Positions 38,201 to 51,300 of a stretch of 64,000 nt of DNA are shown piece by piece; the first letter of the stretch is position 1, and each line of letters opens with the position of its first letter. The translations under genes were made by a program, and so were the position numbers. The DNA comes from Octopus bimaculoides (Eukaryota), in the NCBI RefSeq assembly GCF_001194135.2, contig NC_068983.1:60638386-60702385 (forward strand), written 5' to 3'. The notes below the pieces were generated by a model. It did no database searches and was not told the origin of the DNA. It saw only the letters and a list, made by a program, of their open reading frames with translations.

Positions 38201-41200
38201 CCCAGATATAATATCATTAGATTATCAATTAAGAGTCACCTGAATGACTAATATAAAATTACAATGTGATGGATATTAGAAATAAGAAATTATAATGTGA
38301 TGGATATTAGAAATATTAGAATAAGGCCCATTAGTTGGGCCTTAATAGTCAGAAATCCTAATATTTTTGTTTTTTGTAACCTGTATTTTAACACTTCCTT
38401 TGAATGTTTTTACACTGAATAAAGGAAAAATAGAAAATTGGAGACTGTGCTGTTGTTGTTAAGGTAAACAGTTTCATGAAAGGCCATTGAACAGAATTGT
38501 ACAGGACATTGTACTGAATGTGTGTAATGTCTTTGTTTTAGTATAATGCAATATTATAGTATAGTGTAGTATTATTGAAGTACTCATGATTGTAGGATTG
38601 TGGTTTTGATTCCTGGATGGGGTCATGTGTTGTGTTCTTGAGCAAAACACTTCATTTCAGTGCTGTTCCAGTTCACTCAGCTTGTAGAAATGAGCAATCC
38701 TGCGATGGATCAGTGTCCCATCCAGAGAAACTGGCCCCATGCTTCTTATGGATTAAATATAAATTCTCCTCTAGTCTATAAAGAAAAGAATTTATTGGAT
38801 AGTAACACTAACTGCTTTAGTTTTGAATGTATTAAAGTAAAATAGTTGGAACTCACTTTTCCCAATATCTCAGGATCACTAGGTGTTTGTGCAAGACCAC
38901 AGAGTCGGCGTGGCCTGCTGAGCAGTTCATCTCGTTCTGTCATTCTTGTCTGAAGAAGAATATCAATTTGTTCAATTGACTGAAGTTGTGCGAGCGGAAT
39001 GTTTTGCTTCTTCAACTCCATGCGTAGCTGCTGTTCTAAGTGGCTGGCTTCATGGTTTGAGACTAGACACAACAGATACCATCAGAATTATATACAAATA
39101 AACGAGATATTTTAAGTAATAAACAAAAGGAAAACAATTTCACTTGATAGTGATTCCATGGTCTTTCGGTTTGTTGGAGCTTTGAATCAGTAATTTTCTG
39201 GACAATGATTAGATACAGAAGGGAGAAACTGTACCAGGTGAGATTTAATATATTCATCAAGAACTCTTATCAATTTTAGGTAAGGAATACACAATTGGAC
39301 GAAGACTGTTGTAATATAAAGCTTTTTATGATTGTCATTAGCTGATTGTAGATTCTGCTTATATATTTGTTCAATAGTGTACAACAGAATATAGTAGTTT
39401 ATTTTATAACTAAAGATGATCGCTTTTCAGCATTCTGAGGAGGAAGCTTCAAATCTTGAAAATATTCCTGGTAATTTCTATGGTTTACTATTTTAAACTA
39501 AAAGATATTCTAGTCTTTCTAGCTGATAGAAAGTGGCTCAGCCACTTGTATGTTCATTTTATGAGCATGCTATTCTGCTGATTAAGTCAACTGGAACCCT
39601 TGTCTTTGTAACCAATGGAGTGCCAATTTTGTTTTTTTAGACCATGACATTCAGAACAATTTCCCTTTCCAGTGCATTTAGCTGGTAATAAGTATTACAT
39701 GGAGGTACAGCTAAATCTATGTAGATAATTGTGGAGGAAGATGGACTATAATTGCTGACTCTTTGTGATTTGTTGTATCAGTTTGATAAAAGCTTGCAGC
39801 TGACTAGCATTGCTATCCAGGATAGGAAATATCTTATTTAACTATGCTTCGAAAACTCCAACCCATGCTTCCTGCTACACGGGACATCACGTTTATATCA
39901 CAATTTGTGAATACTAAGCAATGTTAGAGGTTTCCAGTGAATCCATCAGTGGTTCACATCATTTCTACTGGCACCCTTTGATATCAGGTCCAGAACCAAG
40001 TGGTTGGAAAATGAACACAATGTCAGATCCGAACCTTTGATTCAAAATTTCTACAATCAATGCCATTAAGACGTTCGCTACTTTAATTGAGAGTAAATTA
40101 AATCACAAGAAATTCATTAATAAATGATGAACTTGAAATACTATAAAAAAATGGTAATCTAAGATGTTACTCCACCTCCCAAAGAATGACACATTCCTCT
40201 GAGATTTAATAAAACGAAAGTTGTTAGATGCAGTTATACAAAGGCATACTTACTTTTTAATTCATTTATAAGCTGTTCTGTTGTTTCAAACATTGATTTG
40301 TAGGCTCTGATAGCAATTTGAATGGTGTCTCTTTCTTTAGAGAGACTGGCCATACGAGATTGCTTCTTGCAATCTAGAAGATAAAAAAATAAAAAATTTT
40401 TTTTTTAGGAAACTTTCCATGGACAATCACCAAAATTGATAAAAATAATTTGTGTGAAGAAATAATTTTATAAATTTATCTGAATCTAAAATAAAAAAAA
40501 GATTTTGTCTAGCATTTGAAACAAGTATGTTTATTGTTTTTAAGGGGCTAAATTTGATGTAAAACCAATATTACAAGGGCAAATGAGTAAAAAGGGCAAT
40601 AAAGATATTATTGACTACTAAGTCAATAATAAAATTATATCCGTTAAATATAATTGTGTGGAGGTAGTAAAAATCCATTCTCACTTGGTGAGTCAAAACA
40701 AACAAGCCTGAAACCTGTAAATAAGAGTCATTTGTAAGGAGATCATTACAAGTAATCCTATTTGAGGCTTTGTTTTTTCTATTTTGCTGGTGTGATTAAA
40801 TAAACAAAGCAAGCTGGAAAGTTGGTTGGCAAATTGTTCAGCTGACATTGTCATGGAGACTGCAAACAGTTGAACACTGATAAATGGAGTGTCAAAATGT
40901 AGTTGAAATAGGATTTTAAAGACAAGAGAAAACAAATGCAAGATATGAAAGTTAAAATGTTGTCAGAGACAGAGGCTTTCAGAAGCTGAGAGTAGTAAAT
41001 AACCAGTTAAATGAGGTAAGAATGTATGTTTTTTGCACACACACACACACACTTGCAATACACATTGTTCATTTCATATTTTCAAATGTTAAAGAAACAA
41101 TTGATTATCCACAACAAGTCCACGGAAGATAAATATCAAGTGTCAAAGATGAGTTTGTGTTAATGAAGAGAAAAAATTATGTTTTCTGTAAGGATGTCTC

Positions 41201-44109
41201 TAATATGTGACCTGAAACACTGAGTTATAATAATTTATTAAATATACAACAATACTAATACCAGTGATGAAAATTTAAGAATCTCAATAACCAATTTCAT
41301 AATTCTAAAAAAATAATTTTATCAAGGAATTATAATGAAAATGAAGCTTTCAAGTAAAACTTTACAACTGACAATATGATGCTAAAATAGAGAAATGGTC
41401 TCCAAATAGTTTGGCTATTCTTTTAAATATTTACTAAATGCAAAGTACTAAAATATACAATACAACAAACAGTTTCTAAAATCTTAAAATTGATTGACAT
41501 GAATGCTTTGTAGTCAAAATACCAATTTTTCTGTGGTTTTCACAATCTTTTTCTTTTTAGTAAATGCCTCTATCTAAAACATACATATTAAAATTTCTGA
41601 ATAATGTTTTAGTAATTTAGATATGGACTGAAATAAAATATAATATCTGCCAGTGAAATAATGGATACTATTGTAAGTTATAGAATACGGGGAAGTTCAT
41701 ATTTAAGTTAGAATGAAAATGAGGAGATGAACAGCCATAAAAAGATTTACTGTAATTATAACCTTTCGTCAGAAATGTGGAATTAACTTTAAAGTTAGTC
41801 AGAGACAACACATTTCATATTGCTTTGTGAATCAAACAAAGTTATTGAGGAACATATTCTTTAAAAATTATTCTAAAGTATTTCATTTTGATTTGGAATC
41901 AACAATACAACTACCAAGAGATGATAAAACAGACAAGTCATAATGTACAGTCGTAAACTTGTCTTACACTTCATACTTTCCTGTTCACACTTCTCTGCTT
42001 TTTACTCGACGTAACAATTTGTTTCTTGAGGGTCTCCCCGCAAAAAGAATATTTCATTTGCTCCCTGCACAGTTTTCTTTGTAGGACTGGCTTTCATTAT
42101 TTTCTTTTTATTTTGAGAAGAGCAAACAGTTTTTTGTTTCACCTCAGGGCATTTGAAAATGCTTCTTTTATCACGTACCATTATGTTATAACAAGCTGAT
42201 ATTCATGAATTAATATGGATTCTATCAGATATCAATTCAGATATAATCTAAATGGTAATTTGGAGCTCGACTTACGAAGACATCGATTAGTTGCAATACC
42301 ATCCAGTGTGTTCAGGTATCCAGCAATCAAAGTATTAATTTTACAAGAGAACTTTCTGGAATATCTACCACGTGACATTGCCATGTTAGCATCATTAAGT
42401 GTTTTACAATTACAGAAAAACAGACTAATGAGCATTCCCAGAGAAATAACATACTGCCGCCAACTGCAGTATTTGGATCTCACTAGTAACAATTTCATCT
42501 CTTTTCCACAAGCCATCATTTTCTTAAAACAACTCAAAATCCTCAAAATAGCAAACAACCAAATCAAAGATATACCATATCAAATTAGTTATTTAGATAA
42601 ATTGTGCAAATTTGACATTCATAAAAACAACTTACAGAATTTGCCAAATTCAATGGCAAATCTCAAAAAATTGAAAGAATTAGATTTATCCCAAAATCTT
42701 TTTGAGCAGCTTCCTCCGGTTATATGCTCATTATGCAATACTAAATCCTTAAATTTTAGTAGAAACTTATTGACTTATATAATACCTTGCATGGATAACT
42801 TGAAGAACTTGCAAGAACTAAATGTCTCATACAATAACTTAATGTCAGTGTGTTTATCGATGAGCAAGTTAAAGAAGATGAAGTATCTAAATCTGAGTTA
42901 CAATCAACTGACGGAAGTGCCAACATCTCTACAGCAGTTGCCATATCTGAGAATACTTCACATTCAAGGAAATAAAATTAAGCATGTACCAAATGGCTTC
43001 ACAAGTTTAATGTACCTGAATCTTTCTAACAATCAAATCTATAATTTCACAATAGGGAAAATGAAAAATTTGTTATCATTGAACATCAGTCACAACAGAT
43101 TGAGTCAATTACCTCACGGCTTCTATCAACTGAAACGACTAGAACATCTGATTGTTAATGACAATCAGATAAAGTCCATACCTTATGAAATAGTAAGACT
43201 AAAACATCTACGCACACTGGATATTAGCAACAATAGGTTAACAAGTGTACCGCCATATATTCCTCAAATTACAAGTTTGGAATATTTCAATACAGAAAAC
43301 TGTAACGGTGAACAAGAGACAAACTCACAAAGAAACGAATTAATCACAGCAAAGAAACACTTTATGAAAAAACACGAAAGCAATTTAATTCAGAAGAAGA
43401 GCCTTGAAGCTAAATCTCCGAAGCAATATTCCTCAATGAAAAGTTTTACTGGTGATAATCAATATACAAAAAGAAAACAGTGCAAACGTCTCCAATGCCA
43501 GACGGGGACATTGTTGAAGAACACTGCTTTATTACAATATGACACAACACATTACACAATGCCATCATATAAGGCTCAGGCATGGAATAACACGGATGCC
43601 AACTCAATATCAAATGTATCCAATCAAAGGCAAATCTTAAACAGAGGAAACCAATGGCTCCATGCTTACTCTAAAAGCACAGACAGCAAACGAAACCTTC
43701 ATACAAGTGACAGCACAAGTGGTTTTGCAGATGAGATTGAAGTCAGTATTGCTAGTGATGTCTCTTCAAACGATCCAACAATAATGACCATTCATGACTG
43801 GTTGGAACCAGAACAACACAGGGATACTAACTGGTGAGTACAACAGATATTATAAACACAAATTTTTCTGATAATTAGAACATAATTACATTTCTAGATT
43901 AGTTTCAGAAAAATATAACTTGAAGGTGAAAAAAAATAATTATAAGCATTGTAGGTGCAGTTGTGTAGTAAGAAGCTTGTTTATCAACCTGGTTCTGGGT
44001 TCAGTCTCACTGCGTGGCACCTTGAGCAAGTATCTTCTACTAGTTTTGGGCTGGCTAAAGCCTTGTGAATGGACTTAATAGATGGAAACTGAAAGAAGCC
44101 CATCGCACG

Positions 44110-44143
<34 letters not shown>

Positions 44144-45318
44144 CACATACATATATATAAATAAAGAACACCTCTCAAGCATTGGGCTTCACGGAGGCAA
44201 TGACCAAGACCTTTGGCATTATGTCGTGCTTGAGAAGACCCATCAAGCCAAGCAAAATCCCAGCTGCGGCAGATACCAGTGTCACGCAAATTGGCACCCA
44301 TGCTGGTGGCACCTAAAAGCACCCCAGTGTCAAGCAAATGGCACATAAAAGCACCCATTACACTCTTGGAGTGATTGGCGTTAGGAAGGGCATCCAGCTG
44401 CAGAAAACCATGTGAAATTGGACTGGAGGTTGGTGCAGCCTTCCAGTATGCCAGCCCAGTCAAACTGTCCAACCCATGCCAGCAGGGACAACAGCATGGA
44501 TGATAGGTGTGATTGCCTTTGTGTCTGTGTTTGTCCCCCACAACTGTTTGGTAATCAGTGTTAGTTTGTTTACACCCCTGTAACTCACAGACTGATAGAA
44601 TAACTACCAAGTTTAAAAAAAAAAAATAAAGTACTAATGTTGATTTGTTGGACAAAAAATTTTCAAGGCGGTGACCCAGCATGGGTGCAGTCTGACTGAA
44701 GCAAGTAAAAGATAAAGATTTCCACTGAAATTTATTTGAGAAAAGTTGGATAAAGTATGTTTCATTTAAAATGGAAATCTTGGAGCAGAGAGACATATTG
44801 GAAGGAGAAAAAAAAAACTGGTACTACGTTGATTATGATGACAAGTGTTCCTGTTGATTTGATCAACAGAACAGCCTGCTTGTCAAATAATTAACAGGCA
44901 AGTGGCTGGGTACTCCACGGACATATGTACCCTTGATATAGTTCTCAAGGAGATTCAGTGTGACACAGAATGTGATGAGGCCGGTCATTTGAAATACAAT
45001 TCATTTCTTCTAGCTGAGTGGACAGGAGCAATGTAAAATAAAGTGACTTGCTCAGGGACACAACATACTGCTGGGGATTGAACTCATGATCTTACAATCG
45101 TGAGCCGAATACCCTAACCCAGCATTTCTCAACTGGGATTCCCCCGGAAAGCTAGGATTCCGCAAGAAAGAGTGAGATAGCTAATGCTAATTTCATGATT
45201 GTAATATTACTATATATGCACAACATATCATTGGTTATTGTAATATAGACATCATCCTATCTAACCTATTATGTTGTCAAAAATATATAACAACCATATA
45301 TATATATAGGTATATATA

Positions 45319-45393
<75 letters not shown>

Positions 45394-48300
45394 ATATTTA
45401 CCACTTGAACTACGATGAAAAATATATGAAAAAGTTATGGTATAGAATTTTTTTTTGTGTAGGGGTTCCTTGAGAGATGTAATTTATTTTAAGGGTTACA
45501 CAAGAGTAAAAAGGTTGAGAAACACTGCCCTGGCCACCAAGTCATGAGCCTTCATCTATATTAGAAGTGAGAAACTGAAAGACATAAGAAAATAACTCTT
45601 TAACCAAACTATTTTAAATGGGCTAAAAGCAAAACATGAAACATAAATTACATTGCAGGCCGACAGTCCAATTCAACTTTGATGAAACTATTTCATGTGG
45701 CTGTAGTGATTCTAATGCAACAACGGCTAATCCAAGAGCACACGGTCTGGTGAAGGTATTTAAAGAGATATTCAGCATAACACAGGACGGAGGAGAGTTT
45801 GTCTCCTCAGACAACTCTAACATATCTTTAAATATACCAAGTGATAATAATGTGGAACAACATCTACAGGTTATCATGCAGGTGAGTGAAAACATTTTAA
45901 TAGATTATGAAATTTCATTCAAAATCTTCCAAGTAATTTTTGAAATACATGAAATTTTGTGACTGTTTAAATAGATGCCAATAATCCATTATCTGGACAT
46001 TTCTACATGGATGGACTTGAGGAAAATTTCATTCTTCAGTTGTCTTTGTACTCAGATAATTCTCAAACAGCTTACACGACAGTGAATGATTAGTTAGATT
46101 GCTAGACTAAGGCCATGCTACAGTATCACTTTCAAAGCTTTATTTTTTAGTCAATCAAATTGTTCCCAGAGATTATTTCAAGACTGGTACTTGTTCTATC
46201 AGTTTCTGTCTTTGCTGAACCATTAAGTTATAAGGATGTAAAGAAACCTACACAACTTCCATCTACCAAATTTATTCACAAAATAATAATTGGTGGTTCA
46301 ACCTAGACTTAAAAGATGAAATTATTTGCCCATTGAACCTATATTTTCTTTTCGATCATGGATAGAGTCAGCCCATAACGTGCGCAATACAAGCATGTAC
46401 TGGACTCCGTAGTTTGTAAAAATGCATCTAAAATCCAATTTGTGCAAAGATGTTGCTATTTTCTTTTAGAATTAGCAGAGAACCTCAATGATTTCAGATT
46501 AGGTTACATACAACAAGAAAAGCTTGAAAATGTTTCCCATGTCAGACAAGTAGATCATTAAAGAATTATACTATCACTCAACTTAGCAGTTTGGCAAAAG
46601 TGACCCTGATAGAATAAGTGCTAGGCTGAAAAACAAAAAAAAAAAAAAAAAATGTACTGGGGTTGATTTGTTTAAAATCCTTCAGGGTGGTACACCAGCA
46701 TGGCTGCAGTCTAATGACTGAAACAAGCAAAAGATAAATTTGCCCTACTTTTTTTTTTTTTAAATTCATTCACAGTATGATGGAAAGATAAATGCAACAT
46801 CTGGGGATCATAAAAAAAAAAAAAAAGGAAGCTACTCAAATTCGAGGTTTTGTTTCCATACCTGGAATTTCTTCTCTAATTCTTCTATAGATTCAGCTAT
46901 AAGAACTAGATGATCAGCATATAGGAGTTCCCATCGACAGTAGGTCTTGAACTCCTCTCTGATGGCCTGTAAGACTATGAATGAGGATTGAACCTAAATG
47001 GATTCCTGTCTTCATGCCAAATTAATTGCTCAATGTATTGCTGACTCACTTTACTAACTGCACACATATACATAGATTGTACAACCCTAACAAGCCATTT
47101 GTCTACACTTAGTTTCTTTAATGACCACCAGATTACAGAGCAATGGCATCCTATCAAAGGCCTTCACCAAGTCAAAAAAATGCTAGATATGGTGTCTCAC
47201 TTACCACATTTACAACAAATTAAGTGGTTCACAAACTAATCCTTCAAGCATATAACCACAGTGTTGATGGGTCAAGTTGGCTAGTGTACAAACATTACTA
47301 AATGTGAGTTGGTTTATAAACAAGAACCTCTCCAACAAGAATCCAGAATACCCAAGTTGTAATGTTCAGTTCCTCACAATAAGATGAAGATTGAATTGGC
47401 AATCCAGAGTATTTAAACAATAACAAATGATGATATATTTAGATTTCAAGATTTAATTCAGTTTAAATATTTTCTTCTCAAAAGGGTAGACTGCCAGAAG
47501 AGAATTCAAGACAATGTTTCATCAGAAATTTGAATTTAAAATATTTAAGGGGGGAAAAAAAAAACCCCCAGTATATAAATAGAAATCTAACTGAAGCAAT
47601 AATTTATATATATATAAAAGTAAAAAGTTTTCACAAGCAAATATCTCAATTGTGGACCTCAGAATGATAGAGTATAACTCCTGAAAGTACTTTATATTAC
47701 ATTTGCTATCAACATTAGAGCAGCTGATAAACTGATTACGTGCGTGTCTTTTGCTTTCTTTTATTGTTGGTGATTAATACAGGTAATCAGTATCAGTGAA
47801 GATGCCATTCTATCAGCTCAAATCCAAGACCCTCTACTGAACAACATACTTTCCGTAAGTGTTATTGTGATGCTAACCCCCAACACTGACGTTCCATTTA
47901 CCATTCCTATAACCATCAACCTGCCAGCACCACCAACACTGGAAGATAACGAAGTCAGTGGCTGTTTGCATGTGCTGACAGCAAAGAATGACAATACATG
48001 TACTCCTTTCTTTAGAAATTATACTCTTGAAAACGGATACATAACCTTGCAAACCTACCATTTAGCAGGGTGAGTGAACATTTCATTATTTATCATAAAT
48101 AAAAAACAATTTATAGACATTTAAACCATCCCCACCTCACAATTCAAAACAGTTTATATTAGTTTTCAAATTTTGGCAGAAGGCCAGCAAGTTCAGGGGA
48201 GTGGGGGTAAGATGATTACATTGACCCCAGTGCTCAACTGGTACTTATTTTATTGACCCAAAAAGGATGAAAGGCAACTTTGGTCGAATTTGAACTCAGA

Positions 48301-51300
48301 ACATAAAGGCAGATGAAATGCCACTAAGCATTTTGCCTGGTGTGCTAACGATTCTGCCAGCTCGTTGCCTTACTCTCAATTTACATTGAGAATCATTCAT
48401 TTAAATCCTAAATTTAGAAGAAATGACTGACTGAAAAGAAAGGGACATTTAATCAGTTGGTAATTTCCATCTATAGGCTTACTTGAGTTAGAATATTTAA
48501 TACTAACTCACAACAACAATAATTAACCCATTTGTACTGAAATTTTTCTAGAGAATGAAATTGCCTGAAAATTCAAATACTATTATTTTGACCTAAATAA
48601 CTGAAAAAAATTTCCTTGAAACCCGTTTGATACCAACTGCATACACATTAAGAACACGTTTCATTCTTTGATACAGATCATATACAAATCACAATTAGTG
48701 TCAAGTATTTGTTTTATACCCTTATAAATTAAAGGTCAGTTTAAATGGACAATCGGCATGAATGGGTTAAGGTATTTTCTTTTGTTAAACTTACATTGCT
48801 GCAGTGATTAGCTTCTATTGCTAGATGTGATGTGTGCTTGCCTCTGAATGCATACCTCAGGTTATATAGCTTTGACACACTTCTGTTTTACTGTTCTAAC
48901 AAAGCTGAGAGGTATTAAGTCCCAACTCACAACACTTGCTTTATAATTGTACTCTGCTAACAAAACTAAGCCGACATTGGAAACCAAATCAGCAATTGGG
49001 AATTGTTACATTTCCTTTCTTTCTTTTAAGTTTTGATCGTTATAATTGGTGCACTGTAACAAAGCTATATGGGGAAAATTTATTGATTAACATTCTGAGC
49101 AGCTTTGCAACTAATTCTGAATAAATATTAGTTGAAATCCAGCTTAAGAGAGCAAGCTTACACATGTTCAACTAGGCATAAACATATAATGTTTCAGTGT
49201 CATTTAATTTTTTTCTAACAGAGCACATGTCTGGAAGAGTTTTTTTCTTTTTTTTTCTTCTTAAAGCAGGTCAAGCTGTAACCTGAAGATGATCTGAAAT
49301 TATTGCTAGATGTAGGACAGATTATTTTTTGAAGATGTAAGACAGATTATATTTTTTAAGATGTAGGACAGAGAATTTTTTTTAAGATGTAGGACAGATT
49401 ATTTTTGCAAGATGTAGGACAGATTATTTTTTTGAAGATGAAGGACGGATTATTTTTTTAAGATGTAAGACAGAGAATTTTTTTTAAGATGTAGGACAGA
49501 TTATTTTTGTAAGATGTAGGACAGATTATTTTTTTGAAGATGAAGGACGGATTATTTCTTTAAGATGTAGGACAGAGAATTTTTTTAAGATGTAGGACAG
49601 AGAATTTTTTTTAAGATGCAGGACAGATTATTTTTTTAAGATGTAGGACAGATTATTTTTTGAAGATGTAGGACAGATTATATTTTTAAGATGTAGGACA
49701 GATTATTTTTTTTAAGATGTAGGACAAATTTATTTTTAAGATGTAGATTTAAGAAGGTTATGACAGACAAAAAAAAGTATTCATATGAGATGAAAAGGAT
49801 TCTGGATACTATCTGATGTATGGATTTAGTGAAGAAGTAAATCAGTGGTTCTTCACCTTTTTTTGTGTAGCACCCCACTAAGTGGTGAGTGAGGTATCAT
49901 GACTAAACTAACTTCACATGGATGATAATTTATAAATTTTACTCTAAAAATGGATTGTATAAGCTTTTAACTGGGAAATGATAAAAAAATGATATAGACA
50001 AAAGTTGAAAGTTTACTTTATACATTACAAATTAATGACTGCTCTGTGCTTGATGAGATCACATTTTGTGTTAATAACCATTGCTAGTTTTATCATGTAT
50101 AATATAATTATTTTAGGTAAAATTTAGTGTACAAATTATGTTACCTCACTGCCCACTAAAGCCTAATGCCTTCTTGAGGGCAATACTGCTCACATTGAGA
50201 ATCTGTTAGACTCAACTGATGGCCACAGTGGAGTAACATGCCCACATCTAGGATAAAGGTACTACACACACACACACACACACACATATATCCTGGACTG
50301 CATTCAGAGAAGAGCTATCCACCTAATTGTTATTCAATTATTTACAGACATACTCCATCTTCTGGCCCACATGTGTGCTGCCTCCACTCTCTGTCTTTTC
50401 TAATGTCACTCTAATGCCTCTGTTCTTCTTCAGAGCTGGCTTGCCTCCTATCCTTGCCACTCAGGCACCCCTAACCTCTCATCACTCTTGCTGTATTCAT
50501 TCCACTTGGTCCTAACCATTATTTCTAGCCCTTTCTTCCCATAACATCAACCTTCTAAAATCTTGTTCTTGCTCATGTCATTATTTGATGATATGCTTCA
50601 AAAATTAACAACAATACAAAGATATGTGTAAAACTGAACAATCTACATAAAGCACAACAAAATGATATTAACTGATTCACACACCACAAGTTTATCAATG
50701 TTGTTTTTGTGTGTTTTACACAGGAAAGTTGCAGTAATGACCAGATCAAAATGCCAATATAAGGCCTGTAAATGCACTGAAAGTCTGCTGATGATGATTT
50801 TGTCCTGAAGATGGAAACACGAAGAACGGAAACTAAACTTAAGACAGAAGTCAGCTGAAGTTTTATTCTATTCAATTAAACTCTAAAGACACAAAATTTA
50901 GCAACAAAATAAATGCTTGTCTTTTTTTCTTTTAATTTAATTTTGTTGAATTTGTTTCAACAAAACCGTTCCCTCTACCAAATACAATTGATTGAAACTC
51001 ACACAAGTTATAATGAGTAAGAAACCTGTTGATAATTAAAGATAATCACAATTTTGATTCGTTACATTGGTATTAGGCTCCAGGATTGAACAGGATGGTT
51101 ATATATGATTGACACTAGGATATGTCAGGTACTTGTTGACCAGAAATAAATGAAAAGCAATGTCAGAAATTGATGAGATGGATTTTGAAATGGCTAAGAC
51201 TTATTTCTACCATAAAGAATATTCCCAAACACTATACATTTTGTAGAATACCAAAAAGGAATTTTCATACAGCAAACACAATATATAATCTTTATATATA

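Noticed and set aside
36700-40090. Possible ancient CR1/Jockey-like LINE remnants at ~36700-37450 and 39640-40090
   Set aside because: Only faint motif echoes with many stops; too weak to annotate without alignment.
40693-40941. Minus ORFs here and at 45623-45895 and 50573-50875 as extra SMCHD1 exons
   Set aside because: SMCHD1 is continuous without them; they overlap plus-strand exons or the probable UTR of the nested gene.
49309-49746. CRISPR-like array
   Set aside because: No unique spacers and eukaryotic context; it is a plain minisatellite.
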